A stretch of DNA of 64,000 nucleotides. Origin: Mobula hypostoma. Taxonomy: Eukaryota. Every line of letters begins with the position of its first letter. The first letter of the stretch is position 1. Positions 62,207 to 64,000 of the stretch are shown here, piece by piece. The DNA is taken from positions 116,376,001 through 116,440,000 of the forward strand of contig NC_086097.1 of assembly GCF_963921235.1 (NCBI RefSeq), written 5' to 3'. The notes beneath the pieces are model-generated. The model saw nothing but the letters and a program-made list of their open reading frames with translations. It was not told the DNA's origin and ran no database searches. Position numbers and translations under genes: made by a program.

Positions 62207-62910
62207 CATAGAAACATAGAAACATAGAAAATAGGTGCAGGAGTAGGCTATTTGGCCCTTCGAGCCTGCACCGCCATTCAGTACGATCACGGCTGATCAT
62301 CCAACTCAGAACCCTGTACCTTCCTTCTCTCCATACCCCCGATCCCTTTAGCCACAAGGGCCATAACTAACTCCCTCTTAAATATAACCAATGAACTGGC
62401 CTTAACTGTTTCCTGCGGCAGAGAATTCCACAGATTCACCACTCTCTGTGTGAAGAAGTTTTTCCTAATCTCAATCCTAAAAGGCTTCCCTTTTATCCTC
62501 AAACTGTGACCCCTCGTTCTGGACTTCCCCAACATCAGGAACAATCTTCCTGCATCTAGCCTGTCCAATCCCTTTAGGATTTTATACGTTTCAATCAGAT
62601 CCCCCCTCAATCTTCTAAATTCCAACGAGTATAAGCCTAGTTCATCCAGTCTTTCATCATATGAAAGTCCTGCCATCCCAGGAACTAGTCTGATGAACCT
62701 TCTTTGTACTCCCTCAATGGCAAGGATGACTTTCCTCAGATTAGGGGACCAAAACTGCACACAATACTCCAGGTGTGGTCTCACCAAGGCCTTTTACAAC
62801 TGCAGTAGTACCTCCCTGCTCCTGTACTCGAATCCTCTTGCTATGAATGCCAGCATACCATTCGCCTTTTTCACCGCCTGCTGTACCTGCATGCCCACTT
62901 TCAATGACTG
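62207..62910 (-). mobile_element. Young 5'-truncated CR1, same subfamily as 12689-13710
   Basis: ORF 62287-62787 nearly identical to the C-terminus of 12770-13759; (CTATGTTT)n tail. Confidence 0.95.
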
Positions 62911-62911
62911 A

Positions 62912-63112
62912 TTGGGTTTCCTCCTAGTGCTCTGGTTTCCATTCATATTCGAAGTTCATACACCCTAAGGTTAGTCAGTTGTCGGCATGCTAGATTGGCA
63001 CCAGAAACTGCCCCCAGCACAATTCTTGGACTGTGTTGGTCATTGATGCACAAAAATGCTTTTCACTACGTTTCGATGTCTTGATGTACATGTGACAAAT
63101 AAAGCTAGTCTC
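62912..63112 (+). mobile_element. HE1/V-SINE-type SINE fragment
   Basis: GGGTTTCCTCCTAGTGCTCTGGTTTCC central domain; GTGACAAATAAAGCTA tail. Confidence 0.7.
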
Positions 63113-63351
63113 TCTAATTTCTCTCTCTTGTTGAGAAAGGTTCATAAAATTCTTCTTTGAAGCATGCATTGTCCAATGCTTTGTGTCTACCATCCTTGTT
63201 AATTTGCATTGATGGTTTTGTAGCTCATTTTTCAACGCCTTCTTCATATTTTCAACTAGTTGTGGCTTTGACAACTTTCATGATGAGGCTTCATGCCGAA
63301 GAAAATTTATAGAACTTAGAGAAGACAGCAATTAGTCTTGTAACCTTGGGA

Positions 63352-63356
<5 letters not shown>

Positions 63357-63401
<45 letters not shown>

Positions 63402-63414
63402 CGTGTGTGTGTGT
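63357..63414. repeat. Compound (GT)n(GC)n(GT)n microsatellite
   Basis: Direct reading. Confidence 0.95.
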
Positions 63415-63574
63415 TATCCTGCAAGCATCCCTTCTCTACTATCAGCCAATCTACTTATGACTACAATAGAAATTTTGATATACTGGTTACACGTTGGTAT
63501 GGGTCTCTGCATTCTGTTTTTAGTTGAGAACACTAAGCCTTTGCTTAGTTCCAAACTCTTGAGAATCAATTTAC

Positions 63575-63639
63575 CCTCCTTGTCAATGTCTTCAGATCTC
63601 TCTGGTGAAGGATATTTGCCTCTGTTTGGTGCTAGTAGT
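63575..63639 (-). CDS. Tentative exon of an unidentified host gene (LLAPNRGKYPSPERSEDIDKE)
   Basis: Unique sequence; ..cttttcatgacacctctaAG acceptor and GG|GTAAAT donor; phase-compatible with 53201-53322. Confidence 0.3.
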
Positions 63640-64000
63640 CTTAGAGGTGTCATGAAAAGAGTAAATAAAAGCATAAGATGCTGGAAGCGCTGAATGCATC
63701 AAGCAGTGTTTACAGTAAGAGAAACAGGGTTAATATTTCCGGTCTCTTTGATCTTCATGAAAAGAGTAAAATTTATTTCAGTTCAAAAAGCATTGTTTCA
63801 ACATTGTTCAGTAAAGTTGTTTCATGAAAAAAACATTTCACAAGTCAAATTTTTTACTGATACAAGTACTGCAGGATATTTTCACAAAGCTCCTGTCTCT
63901 TTGAACACAACATATTTATAAAATTGATACTTTCTAAAGTGGAATAATTTCACACAATTGGAAATTAAACCAGACATTTCCCTTTGCAAGGTACCTTTAC

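Overview
Eukaryotic, repeat-dominated (probably intronic) DNA. The repeat repertoire (HE1/V-SINE-type SINEs, CR1/HER1-type LINEs, Rex1/Babar, RTE, abundant Penelope-like elements) points to a cartilaginous fish; this is inferred from family knowledge only. Nearly all long ORFs are transposon remnants: a young, internally deleted sushi-like Ty3/Gypsy chromovirus (8632-11998), a second degraded Gypsy, four solo LTRs, Harbinger, Tigger/pogo and Tc1 derivatives, and many nested LINE fragments. The most notable structure sits inside the Gypsy RT. Three Penelope-derived minimal type I hammerhead ribozyme motifs are spaced exactly 331 nt apart and bound two near-identical units, each made of PLE pLTR end plus captured Gypsy RT sequence. 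This is a retrozyme-like architecture, but unequal crossover or misassembly could also explain it. Other observations include a young Penelope copy with 455-bp inverted arms and a TSD, two non-coding LINE-tailed repeat families, and a tentative chain of phase-compatible minus-strand exons of an unidentified host gene. Boundaries of degraded repeats are approximate; no database searches were run.
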